From Balanoglossus misakiensis (taxonomy: Eukaryota; Animalia; Hemichordata), in contig CM082595.2 in NCBI GenBank assembly GCA_040954595.2, positions 8,848,317 to 8,912,316 on the forward strand: a stretch of DNA of 64,000 bases, written 5' to 3'. The position numbers and the translations under genes were made by a program. Shown piece by piece: positions 23,184 through 36,300 of this stretch (position 1 is the first letter of the stretch; every line of letters begins with the position of its first letter). The notes under the pieces are model-generated. The model ran no database searches. It worked only from the letters and a program-made list of their open reading frames with translations, and had not been told where the DNA came from.

Positions 23184-23556
23184 TATATAGCCATATTTTT
23201 TCCACTTCCAAAACTAACATCAAGAGTCATGCATGCCACTGGCCCAATAAAGCCTGATAGCTCTTGCTGGGAATTGTGATGTAACTAGCATCCGCCTTAA
23301 AGTCACTGACATTAACTGAACAATGGCGATTGTGTGTAAGGTTATAGTAAAGGCAAGGCTAATTTAAATTTAAAATGGTACCAATCCTTAATCACACATA
23401 TGTATCCTTTGACCAATCATTGGAAAAACAAAGTCTGTGATTGACTTCAAAGGGATGCTAATTACATCACGATTCCCTGCAAGGGATATTATGCTTTATT
23501 TGGCCAGTGGCATGCATAGTTTTTTGAAAGCAAAGCAGATAAAATACAGCTATATA
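23184..23556. mobile_element. MITE-like inverted-repeat element (present in each 4.45-kb unit)
   Basis: TATATAGC...GCTATATA ends and an internal 25-bp inverted repeat ATGCATGCCACTGGCCCAATAAAGC / GCTTTATTTGGCCAGTGGCATGCAT. Confidence 0.55.
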
Positions 23557-25519
23557 CTAGACTAATACCTTATTAACTCCTGATCATTGGAGAATGTATC
23601 TCTAAAGTTACTCTCTATCGCTCCCTCAGGGAAGAGAGCAGTAGACAGCTCTTTGAGTGTCAGAAATTCCAGTTGTATACCAATCATTTGTATTACCCAA
23701 TCACAGACTTTGTGTTATTGGTCATTTATCTATCCAATTGAAACTCGTGTGTTCATTGGAGCATTACACCAAAGAAGTCACACTATAACAGTGACAATAC
23801 AACACTTGCAAAAACATGGATTGCTCAGGTCAGCCTATCTGGTTCCAGATTATCTGTGACCCAACTAATGCAGCTATAATGAATGTGTTTGGTTATATAC
23901 AGAGATTTGTAGATTGTATAAGACGTGTTAATATCACACTCTGGCATGGGGCAATGTATATTTATCTTGTGAAAGCCACAAAGTCACTAGCTCTTGATGT
24001 TCATTTTCTATTTTTGTTGTTGAATAATTTATTATGAAATTAGATTGAAGCTGAACTCACGACATATGTGTGGACATAACCGGTTATACGTCCATGTCAT
24101 AATTTTTGTTAAAGCCAAACAATTAAATATCACCATTATAACAAAATTAACAACAATGTAACCCCGGGGCTGTCACTTATTTGAATGGATACCGATCCAG
24201 AGTTAATGTTTCATTGGAAAGTCTAACAGTGTTTTGAAATGTCACATTGTAATTTGAAAGTTTGGGCTTGGGCAGTGACATTGTTTGTGTACACAATTTG
24301 AAATGGAGCTCTATGAAAAGAGAAAAGTGGTGTGTGGAAAAGAATGAAGTCTTTGGGCTTATATCAGGTGCCTTCATTTGACTCTCAAGGAGAGTTTTGT
24401 AAAACAATTAACTTGTTGTGTGTCAGCATTATTGGGAAAGATTAAGCACACACATGTATACAGGTTAGATTATAATGGAAAATCACCATCAGCCTTTTTT
24501 CTTAGCACTCTCACCTTTCACCCCCAGTTCCCTGTGTAGACATCCAACTTTTCCAACAGAAACAATGGATTTGGACAGAACCATTAGTTCATTTGAATAC
24601 CGGTATGTATGTAATATGTGTATTTATAACATACATCATGCTAACACTGTGTCATGATTCACCAGAATCCGTCACGTGATAAGAAAATAGAATCGACTAT
24701 GAATCCCTCTAGGGAAATAGCAGAAAATATATAAACTGGTCACGTGACCAACAGGATATAAAAGAATCCCATGCATATACTTTGTCAGTTCACCTCTGTA
24801 GCCAGACTGGCCATACGTATGAACTGATGATGTCCCTGTTATAGGCATATGTCTTGTGAAACATATAAACCACTTTGGTGTGTTTTGTGTTTGGTGAACA
24901 GCGTGACAAGCATGTTAGAATCAAACTATTACATGCATGTTAAGAAATATAGTCTGTTATATGGAAGTGACCATAGTTGCCATATTATTAAAATCACATT
25001 TTTAATATCAATATTCACATGTCATTGCTTTCTACATTTCTTGAATTTCCTATCATTTTATGTTAACAAAAACAAGAGCCTTCTGTGACAACTTTCGAAA
25101 ATATTTCATGTAATCAGCCATTCATTTTATGTGTGTGTGAATAATGACCCCATGAGGCTGTAGAATCATGTATAGTGCTGAAGGGGACGCCATTCCTCCA
25201 TAGCTTTTATATTGCATAAGATGCTAAGTTGGTATTTTCCACATATTGCTTTTTTGTACTGAGAGTTCTGTATGTTACGCAGTCCTTAAGAAGAGCTTTT
25301 GACAAACATTTCATTGTACTTTCAAGACTGCTACAGTATTTAGATATTATATGCAGTATTAGGAAGAAATATCTTTAATATTTTTATTCTAACAATTTTC
25401 CCATCATGCTAAACAAGTAGACAGAAATGTCATGTTAGGATTTTTGCATACATAAAATAAATATTCTGACAAAATAAGTGCTTTTGTCTGTCTCTTTGAT
25501 TTCAGGTGAGGATCAGTAT

Positions 25520-26445
25520 TTGTTAGATTCCAATCAGAAGACAATTGTGATGAACAGTATGTTCTGTTTGATTGGGACCTTATGAGATTGGTTGCATCTG
25601 TATGGATGTATGGGTGTATGTCCGTCCACATCAAAAACTTGAAAACCGCTGCGCGTACAACCTCGATATTTGTTGTGTAGATGCATACCGGGCTGTAGAT
25701 GGGAGTTTGTTCAAACAAAGTTGTCATTGCCCAAAATATGTAAATTATCAGGGAAAAACCTAAATTTGGTCAAAACTCAGAAAATCAACAACCACTGGTC
25801 ATAATGATTCTGTATGTTTTGAGCTAATACTGTGAATTTTCCATTTTTTATGCATATTTTGTCTTTTTCCACATATTTGGTAATAAAACCTACTTTCTGG
25901 AATTAATCAGCCCACCGCTTTGAAATTTAGTATGGAGCTTCATATAGGTGATCTGAGATACTAAAGTTTTGTTTAAATTGCTGCAAAATTTGCATAATTA
26001 TAATTTTGGAGCAATTTTTACATTTTTGATCATTTTTTTCCTGTAAAACCGCTCGTAAGATCGCTTTGGAAATTTGCATGCATGTTCAAATCAACTTGAA
26101 GAATTCAATAGTATATTTTTGTGGTGATTTTAACCATTTTTGTTCAAAATTCATTCTCAGAACCCTCTACTCCATTGCTTTCAAATTTGATTTAAAGGTT
26201 CCTTCCTGAGTTGTCATGATAATTTACAAAACCAATGATGAAAGTGTCAATCTTTTGTGTGGGCAATATCTTGTATTTTGGGGGCATATTTTCCAATTTT
26301 GAAAAATTATATTTCCCAGAAAGTGTAAGGCTGATTACTTTAAAATTTAAGTTAATAGGATTGGCTTATTTAGAATTATAATGGAATCAAATTATAGGTA
26401 ATTCAAAACTTTTATATTTTGTAGGATATTTTGTTTTATCATACA
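25520..26445 (+). mobile_element. HINE/DINE-like non-autonomous Helentron-type element (present in each unit)
   Basis: 5' inverted repeat (CCAATCAGA..TTTGATTGG), GTAT/GGAT microsatellite, then tandem degenerate GCTTTGAAATTT core repeats; related to 1165-1440 and 13030-13160. Confidence 0.55.
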
Positions 26446-26879
26446 TGCAACGCCCGTATTTGGCACTTTCTATTGTTCTCGTCCCGAAGATATTTTACGG
26501 TATTACACTGAGTGCAATATATCTTCACTCCGCGTCTCGAACTATTTTTGAGAACGCTCGGCACGACAGTTCGCTGCGCGTGCGAGCGACGTACGGGGCA
26601 TAGGATGCTAGTGGAGAGCAGTGTTGTAAAATTCGGTTATTAGAAGCTATAATAATGTTTTCAAAGTTGGCTGTTTTGCCATGTTGAATGTATCATTTTC
26701 ACTTCTTCGAAATTCTCAATGCAAAATAATTGTTAACATGATAGTTTGAAAGAGAACGTAGACTATTTTATTTTGAATGCGGATGTGCCCATCGTAGTGA
26801 AAGCTGCCAACCCCCTTAAAATGATACTACGGCCCACACGTCATACGTCACAACATGGCTACTGCCGTGATCCCAGGGT

Positions 26880-27380
26880 GCCCGTTCAAATTTGAAATTG
26901 TTTTTCTCGGCGCATTTTCGCAAATCGTACTGTTTTATAGGTAGGCATGTATGATAAAGGGGTTATTACACGAATTTTGGTCGATAACGCGACGCATTCT
27001 CGTGATGTCCGTATTTTGACGAGTTGCAAAGCAACGAGTCAAAATACGGACCCCTAAATATACAACAAAACATTTTATCTCCGCGACCAGCTGTTCAATT
27101 TGGTGCATGGACAGTGTTGGACTCTTGATCTGTCTATGTTTAGAAAATTTGATCAAATTCATGATGACTTGGATTAAATTGAATCAATGTTTATTCGCTC
27201 TAGGAACACTTTATTGACTACAAACTTTTGTTTTGTTGTTTGTTGGATGGGTAAAATTTAAGACCTCTCGGCCAACGCGGAGCAAAGTTTAATTAGTTTG
27301 AAGTTGTGAAAATCGACGAAACAGAGCGAAAAAACGGCAATTTGCGCTGTCGGCACAGTTCTTCAGCCTCGATTTATCGA
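26880..27380. mobile_element. Diverged fragment related to the Kolobok-like MITE (present in each unit)
   Basis: TTAGAAAATTTGATCAAATTCA..TTGAATCA..TTTATTC..ACACTTTAT-GACTA resembles 1-200 and the reverse complement of 4700-4910. Left boundary approximate. Confidence 0.55.
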
Positions 27381-30300
27381 CAACTGTGCATTGTCTTCTG
27401 GTGTGAAAAAAAGATACTTAGGATGTATGTAAAATGGGAAATTTTCATGAGAGATAAATTCGCCCGAATCATGCAAGTGCTAAAAAAACACGAAAACTAA
27501 AAAGTCGCGTAAACATGTTTTTCAGAAATAATGATGAATTGAAATTCGAGAATGCCATAATTAATCGTTGCATAACAGTTGCCACATTTGATATTATGAA
27601 AATTTCCCGTTGCGAAAATTTCATGTTTTACAGTATATAGCCATATTTTTTCCACTTCCAAAACTAACATCAAGAGTCATGCATGCCACTGGCCCAATAA
27701 AGCCTGATAGCTCTTGCTGGGAATTGTGATGTAACTAGCATCCCCCTTAAAGTCACTGACATTAACTGAACAATGGCGATTGTGTGTAAGGTTATAGTAA
27801 AGGCAAGGCTAATTTAAATTTAAAATGGTACCAATCCTTAATCACACATATGTATCCTTTGACCAATCATTGGAAAAACAAAGTCCGTGATTGACTTCAA
27901 AGGGATGCTAATTACATCACGATTCCCTGCAAGGGATATTATGCTTTATTTGGCCAGTGGCATGCATAGTTTTTTGAAAGCAAAGCAGATAAAATACAGC
28001 TATAAACTAGACTAATACCTTATTAACTCCTGATCATTGGAGAATGTATCTCTAAAGTTACTCTCTATCGCTCCCTCAGGGAAGAGAGCAGTAGACAGCT
28101 CTTTGAGTGTCAGAAATTCCAGTTGTATACCAATCATTTGTATTACCCAATCACAGACTTTGTGTTATTGGTCATTTATCTATCCAATTGAAACTCATGT
28201 GTTCATTGGAGCATTACACCAAAGAAGTCACACTATAACAGTGACAATACAACACATGCAAAAACATGGATTGCTCAGGTCAGCCTATCTGGTTCCAGAT
28301 TATCTGTGACCCAACTAATGCAGCTATAATGAATGTGTTTGGTTATATACAGAGATGTGTTAATATCACACTCTAGCATGGGGCAATGTATATTTATCTT
28401 GTGAAAGCCACAAAGTCACTAGCTCTTGATGTTCATTTTCTATTTTTGTTGTTGAATAATTTATTATGGAATTAGATTGAAGCTGAACTCACGACATATG
28501 TGTGGACATAACACGTTTATACGTCCATGTCATAATTTTTGTTAAAGCCAAACAATTAAATATCACCATTATAACAAAATTAACAACAATGTAACCCCGG
28601 GGCTGTCACTTATTTGAATGGATACCGATCCAGAGTTAATGTTTCATTGGAAAGTCTAACAGTGTTTTGAAATGTCACATTGTAATTTGAAAGTTTGGGC
28701 TTGGGCAGTGATAATGACATTGTTTGTGTACACAATTTGAAATGGAGCTCTATGAAAAGAGAAAAGTGGTGTGTGGAAAAGAATGAAGTCTTTGGGCTTA
28801 TATCAGGTGCCTTCATTTGACTCTCAAGGAGAGTTTTGTAAAACAATTAACTTGTTGTGTGTCAGCATTATTGGGAAAGATTAAGCACACACATGTATAC
28901 AGGTTAGATTATAATGGAAAATCACCATCAGCCTTTTTTCTTAGCACTCTCACCTTTCACCCCCAGTTCCCTGTGTAGACATCCAACTTTTCCAACAGAA
29001 ACAATGGATTTGGACAGAACCATTAGTTCATTTGAATACCGGTATGTATGTAATATGTGTATTTATAACATACATCATGCTAACACTGTGTCATGATTCA
29101 CCAGAATCCGTCACGTGATAGGAAAATAGAATCGACTATGAATCCCTCTAGGGAAATAGCAGAAAATATATAAACTGGTCACGTGACCAACAGGATATAA
29201 AAGAATCCCATGCATATACTTTGTCAGTTCACCTCTGTAGCCAGACTGGCCATACGTATGAACTGATGATGTCCCTGTTATAGGCATATGTCTTGTGAAA
29301 CATATAAACCACTTTGGTGTGTTTTGTGTTTGGTGAACAGCGTGACAAGCATGTTAGAATCAAACTATTACATGCATGTTAAGAAACATAGTCTGTTATA
29401 TGGAAGTGACCATAGTTGCCATATTATTAAAATCACATTTTTAATATCAATATTCACATGTCATTGCTTTCTACGTTTCTTGAATTTCCTATCATTTTAT
29501 GTTAACAAAAACAAGAGCCTTCTGTGACAACTTTCGAAAATATTTCATGTAATCAGCCATTCATTTTATGTGTGTGTGAATAATGACCCCATGAGGCTGT
29601 AGAATCATGTATAGTGCTGAAGGGGACGCCATTCCTCCATAGCTTTCATATTGCATAAGATGCTAAATTGGTATTTTCCACATATTGCTTTTTTGTACTG
29701 AGAGTTCTGTATGTTAAGCAGTCCTTAAGAAGAGCTTTTGACAAACATTTCATTGTACTTTCAAGACTGCTACAGTATTTAGATATTATATGCAGTATTA
29801 GGAAGAAATATCTTTAATATTTTTATTCTAACAATTTTCCCATCATGCTAAACAAGTAGACAGAAATGTCATGTTAGGATTTTTGCATACATAAAATAAA
29901 TATTCTGACAAAATAAGTGCTTTTGTCTGTCTCTTTGATTTCAGGTGAGGATCAGTATTTGTTGTTGCTTTTTCCAGCGTAGATTCCAATCAGAAGACAA
30001 TTGTGATGAACAGTATGTTCTGTTTGATTGGGACCTTATGAGATTGGTTGCATCTGTATGGATGTATGGGTGTATGTCCGTCCACATCAAAAACTTGAAA
30101 ACCGCTGCGCGTACAACCTCGATATTTGTTGTGTAGATGCATACCGGCTGTAGATGGGAGTTTGTTCAAACAAAGTTGTCATTGCCCAAAATATGTAAAT
30201 TATCAGGGAAAAACCTAAATTTGGTCAAAACACAGAAAATCAACAACCACTGGTCATAATGATTCTGTATGTTTTGAGCTAATACTGTGAATTTTCCATT

Positions 30301-33300
30301 TTTTATGCATATTTTGTCTTTTTCCACATATTTGGTAATAAAACCTACTTTCTGGAATTAATCAGCCCACCGCTTTGAAATTTAGTATGGAGCTTCATAT
30401 AGGTGATCTGAGATACTAAAGTTTTGTTTAAATTGCTGCAAAATTTGCATAATTATAATTTTGGAGCAATTTTTACATTTTTGATCATTTTTTTCCTGTA
30501 AAACCGCTCGTAAGATCGCTTTGGAAATTTGCATGCATGTTCAAATCAACTTGAAGAATTCAATAGTATATTTTTGTGGTGATTTTAACCATTTTTGTTC
30601 AAAATTCATTCTCAGAACCCTCTACTCCATTGCTTTCAAATTTGATTTAAAGGTTCCTTCCTGAGTTGTCATGATAATTTACAAAACCAATGATGAAAGT
30701 GTCAATCTTTTGTGTGGGCAATATCTTGTATTTTGGGGGCATATTTTCCAATTTTGAAAAATTATATTTCCCAGAAAGTGTAAGGCTGATTACTTTAAAA
30801 TTTAAGTTAATAGGATTGGCTTATTTAGAATTATAATGGAATCAAATTATAGGTAATTCAAAACTTTTATATTTTGTAGGATATTTTGTTTTATCATACA
30901 TGCAACGCCCGTATTTGGCACTTTCTATTGTTCTCGTCCCGAAGATATTTTACGGTATTACACTGAGTGCAATATATCTTCACTCCGCGTCTCGAACTAT
31001 TTTTGAGAACGCTCGGCACGACAGTTCGCTGCGCGTGCGAGCGACGTAAGGGGCATAGGACGCTAGTGGAGAGCAGTGTTGTAAAATTCGGTTATTAGAA
31101 GCTATAATAATGTTTTCAAAGTTGGCTGTTTCGAAATTCTCAATGCAAAATAATTGTTAACATGATAGTTTGAAAGAGAACGTAGACTATTTTATTTTGA
31201 ATGCGGATGTGCCCATCGTAGTGAAAGCTGCCAACCCCCTTAAAATGATACTACGGCCCACACGTCATACGTCACAACATGGCTACTGCCGTGATCCCAG
31301 GGTGCCCGTTCAAATTTGAAATTGTTTTTCTCGGCGCATTTTCGCAAATCGTACTGTTTTATAGGTAGGCATGTATGATAAAGGGGTTATTACACGAATT
31401 TTGGTCGATAACGCGACGCATTCTCGTGATGTCCGTATTTTGACGAGTTGCAAAGCAACGAGTCAAAATACGGACCCCTAAATATACAACAAAACATTTT
31501 ATCTCCGCGACCAGCTGTTCAATTTGGTGCATGGACAGTGTTGGACTCTTGATCTGTCTATGTTTAGAAAATTTGATCAAATTCATGATGACTTGGATTA
31601 AATTGAATCAATGTTTATTCGCTCTAGGAACACTTTATTGACTACAAACTTTTGTTTTGTTGTTTGTTGGATGGGTAAAATTTAAGACCTCTCGGCCAAC
31701 GCGGAGCAAAGTTTAATTAGTTTGAAGTTGTGAAAATCGACGAAACAGAGCGAAAAAACGGCAATTTGCGCTGTCGGCACAGTTCTTCAGCCTCGATTTA
31801 TCGACAACTGTGCATTGTCTTCTGGTGTGAAAAAAAGATACTTAGGATGTATGTAAAATGGGAAATTTTCATGAGAGATAAATTCGCCCGAATCATGCAA
31901 GTGCTAAAAAAACACGAAAACTAAAAAGTCGCGTAAACATGTTTTTCAGAAATAATGATGAATTGAAATTCGAGAATGCCATAATTAATCGTTGCATAAC
32001 AGTTGCCACATTTGATATTATGAAAATTTCCCGTTGCGAAAATTTCATGTTTTACAGTATATAGCCATATTTTTTCCACTTCCAAAACTAACATCAAGAG
32101 TCATGCATGCCACTGGCCCAATAAAGCCTGATAGCTCTTGCTGGGAATTGTGATGTAACTAGCATCCCCCTTAAAGTCACTGACATTAACTGAACAATGG
32201 CGATTGTGTGTAAGGTTATAGTAAAGGCAAGGCTAATTTAAATTTAAAATGGTACCAATCCTTAATCACACATATGTATCCTTTGACCAATCATTGGAAA
32301 AACAAAGTCCGTGATTGACTTCAAAGGGATGCTAATTACATCACGATTCCCTGCAAGGGATATTATGCTTTATTTGGCCAGTGGCATGCATAGTTTTTTG
32401 AAAGCAAAGCAGATAAAATACAGCTATAAACTAGACTAATACCTTATTAACTCCTGATCATTGGAGAATGTATCTCTAAAGTTACTCTCTATCGCTCCCT
32501 CAGGGAAGAGAGCAGTAGACAGCTCTTTGAGTGTCAGAAATTCCAGTTGTATACCAATCATTTGTATTACCCAATCACAGACTTTGTGTTATTGGTCATT
32601 TATCTATCCAATTGAAACTCATGTGTTCATTGGAGCATTACACCAAAGAAGTCACACTATAACAGTGACAATACAACACTTGCAAAAACATGGATTGCTC
32701 AGGTCAGCCTATCTGGTTCCAGATTATCTGTGACCCAACTAATGCAGCTATAATGAATGTGTTTGGTTATATACAGAGATGTGTTAATATCACACTCTAG
32801 CATGGGGCAATGTATATTTATCTTGTGAAAGCCACAAAGTCACTAGCTCTTGATGTTCATTTTCTATTTTTGTTGTTGAATAATTTATTATGGAATTAGA
32901 TTGAAGCTGAACTCACGACATATGTGTGGACATAACACGTTTATACGTCCATGTCATAATTTTTGTTAAAGCCAAACAATTAAATATCACCATTATAACA
33001 AAATTAACAACAATGTAACCCCGGGGCTGTCACTTATTTGAATGGATACCGATCCAGAGTTAATGTTTCATTGGAAAGTCTAACAGTGTTTTGAAATGTC
33101 ACATTGTAATTTGAAAGTTTGGGCTTGGGCAGTGATAATGACATTGTTTGTGTACACAATTTGAAATGGAGCTCTATGAAAAGAGAAAAGTGGTGTGTGG
33201 AAAAGAATGAAGTCTTTGGGCTTATATCAGGTGCCTTCATTTGACTCTCAAGGAGAGTTTTGTAAAACAATTAACTTGTTGTGTGTCAGCATTATTGGGA

Positions 33301-36300
33301 AAGATTAAGCACACACATGTATACAGGTTAGATTATAATGGAAAATCACCATCAGCCTTTTTTCTTAGCACTCTCACCTTTCACCCCCAGTTCCCTGTGT
33401 AGACATCCAACTTTTCCAACAGAAACAATGGATTTGGACAGAACCATTAGTTCATTTGAATACCGGTATGTATGTAATATGTGTATTTATAACATACATC
33501 ATGCTAACACTGTGTCATGATTCACCAGAATCCGTCACGTGATAGGAAAATAGAATCGACTATGAATCCCTCTAGGGAAATAGCAGAAAATATATAAACT
33601 GGTCACGTGACCAACAGGATATAAAAGAATCCCATGCATATACTTTGTCAGTTCACCTCTGTAGCCAGACTGGCCATACGTATGAACTGATGATGTCCCT
33701 GTTATAGGCATATGTCTTGTGAAACATATAAACCACTTTGGTGTGTTTTGTGTTTGGTGAACAGCGTGACAAGCATGTTAGAATCAAACTATTACATGCA
33801 TGTTAAGAAACATAGTCTGTTATATGGAAGTGACCATAGTTGCCATATTATTAAAATCACATTTTTAATATCAATATTCACATGTCATTGCTTTCTACGT
33901 TTCTTGAATTTCCTATCATTTTATGTTAACAAAAACAAGAGCCTTCTGTGACAACTTTCGAAAATATTTCATGTAATCAGCCATTCATTTTATGTGTGTG
34001 TGAATAATGGCCCCATGAGGCTGTAGAATCATGTATAGTGCTGAAGGGGACGCCATTCCTCCATAGCTTTCATATTGCATAAGATGCTAAATTGGTATTT
34101 TCCACATATTGCTTTTTTGTACTGAGAGTTCTGTATGTTAAGCAGTCCTTAAGAAGAGCTTTTGACAAACATTTCATTGTACTTTCAAGACTGCTACAGT
34201 ATTTAGATATTATATGCAGTATTAGGAAGAAATATCTTTAATATTTTTATTCTAACAATTTTCCCATCATGCTAAACAAGTAGACAGAAATGTCATGTTA
34301 GGATTTTTGCATACATAAAATAAATATTCTGACAAAATAAGTGCTTTTGTCTGTCTCTTTGATTTCAGGTGAGGATCAGTATTTGTTGTTGCTTTTTCCA
34401 GCGTAGATTCCAATCAGAAGACAATTGTGATGAACAGTATGTTCTGTTTGATTGGGACCTTATGAGATTGGTTGCATCTGTATGGATGTATGGGTGTATG
34501 TCCGTCCACATCAAAAACTTGAAAACCGCTGCGCGTACAACCTCGATATTTGTTGTGTAGATGCATACCGGCTGTAGATGGGAGTTTGTTCAAACAAAGT
34601 TGTCATTGCCCAAAATATGTAAATTATCAGGGAAAAACCTAAATTTGGTCAAAACACAGAAAATCAACAACCACTGGTCATAATGATTCTGTATGTTTTG
34701 AGCTAATACTGTGAATTTTCCATTTTTTATGCATATTTTGTCTTTTTCCACATATTTGGTAATAAAACCTACTTTCTGGAATTAATCAGCCCACCGCTTT
34801 GAAATTTAGTATGGAGCTTCATATAGGTGATCTGAGATACTAAAGTTTTGTTTAAATTGCTGCAAAATTTGCATAATTATAATTTTGGAGCAATTTTTAC
34901 ATTTTTGATCATTTTTTTCCTGTAAAACCGCTCGTAAGATCGCTTTGGAAATTTGCATGCATGTTCAAATCAACTTGAAGAATTCAATAGTATATTTTTG
35001 TGGTGATTTTAACCATTTTTGTTCAAAATTCATTCTCAGAACCCTCTACTCCATTGCTTTCAAATTTGATTTAAAGGTTCCTTCCTGAGTTGTCATGATA
35101 ATTTACAAAACCAATGATGAAAGTGTCAATCTTTTGTGTGGGCAATATCTTGTATTTTGGGGGCATATTTTCCAATTTTGAAAAATTATATTTCCCAGAA
35201 AGTGTAAGGCTGATTACTTTAAAATTTAAGTTAATAGGATTGGCTTATTTAGAATTATAATGGAATCAAATTATAGGTAATTCAAAACTTTTATATTTTG
35301 TAGGATATTTTGTTTTATCATACATGCAACGCCCGTATTTGGCACTTTCTATTGTTCTCGTCCCGAAGATATTTTACGGTATTACACTGAGTGCAATATA
35401 TCTTCACTCCGCGTCTCGAACTATTTTTGAGAACGCTCGGCACGACAGTTCGCTGCGCGTGCGAGCGACGTAAGGGGCATAGGACGCTAGTGGAGAGCAG
35501 TGTTGTAAAATTCGGTTATTAGAAGCTATAATAATGTTTTCAAAGTTGGCTGTTTTGCCATGTTGAATGTATCATTTTTACTTCTTCGAAATTCTCAATG
35601 CAAAATAATTGTTAACATGATAGTTTGAAAGAGAACGTAGACAATTTTATTTTGAATGCGGATGTGCCCATCGTAGTGAAAGCTGCCAACCCCCTTAAAA
35701 TGATACTACGGCCCACACGTCATACGTCACAACATGGCTACTGCCGTGATCCCAGGGCGCCCGTTCAAATTTGAAATAGTTTTTCTCGGCGCATTTTCGC
35801 AAATCGTACTGTTTTATAGGTAGGCATGTATGATAATGGGTTATTACACGAATTTTGGTCGATAACGCGACGCATTCTCGTGATGTCCGTATTTTGACGA
35901 GTTGCAAAGCAACGAGTCAAAATACGGACCCCTAAATATACAACAAAACATTTTATCTCCGCGACCAGCTGTTCAATTTGGTGCATGGACAGTGTTGGAC
36001 TCTTGATCTGTCTATGTTTAGAAAATTTGATCAAATTCATGATGACTTGGATTGAATTGAATCAATGTTTATTCGCTCTAGGAACACTTTATTGACTACA
36101 AACTTTTGTTTTGTTGTTTGTTGGATGGGTAAAATTTAAGACCTCTCGGCCAACGCGGAGCAAAGTTTAATTAGTTTGAAGTTGTGAAAATCGACGAAAC
36201 AGAGCAAAAAAACGGCAATTTGCGCTGTCGGCACATTTCTTCTGCCTCGATTTATCGACAACTGTGCATTGTCTTCTGGTGTGAAAAAAAGATACTTAGG

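Noticed and set aside
23570-23880. Possible minus-strand exon (MIGIQLEFLTLKELSTALFPEGAIESNFRDTF...)
   Set aside because: In-frame stops immediately upstream and no recognisable homology; too weak to call.
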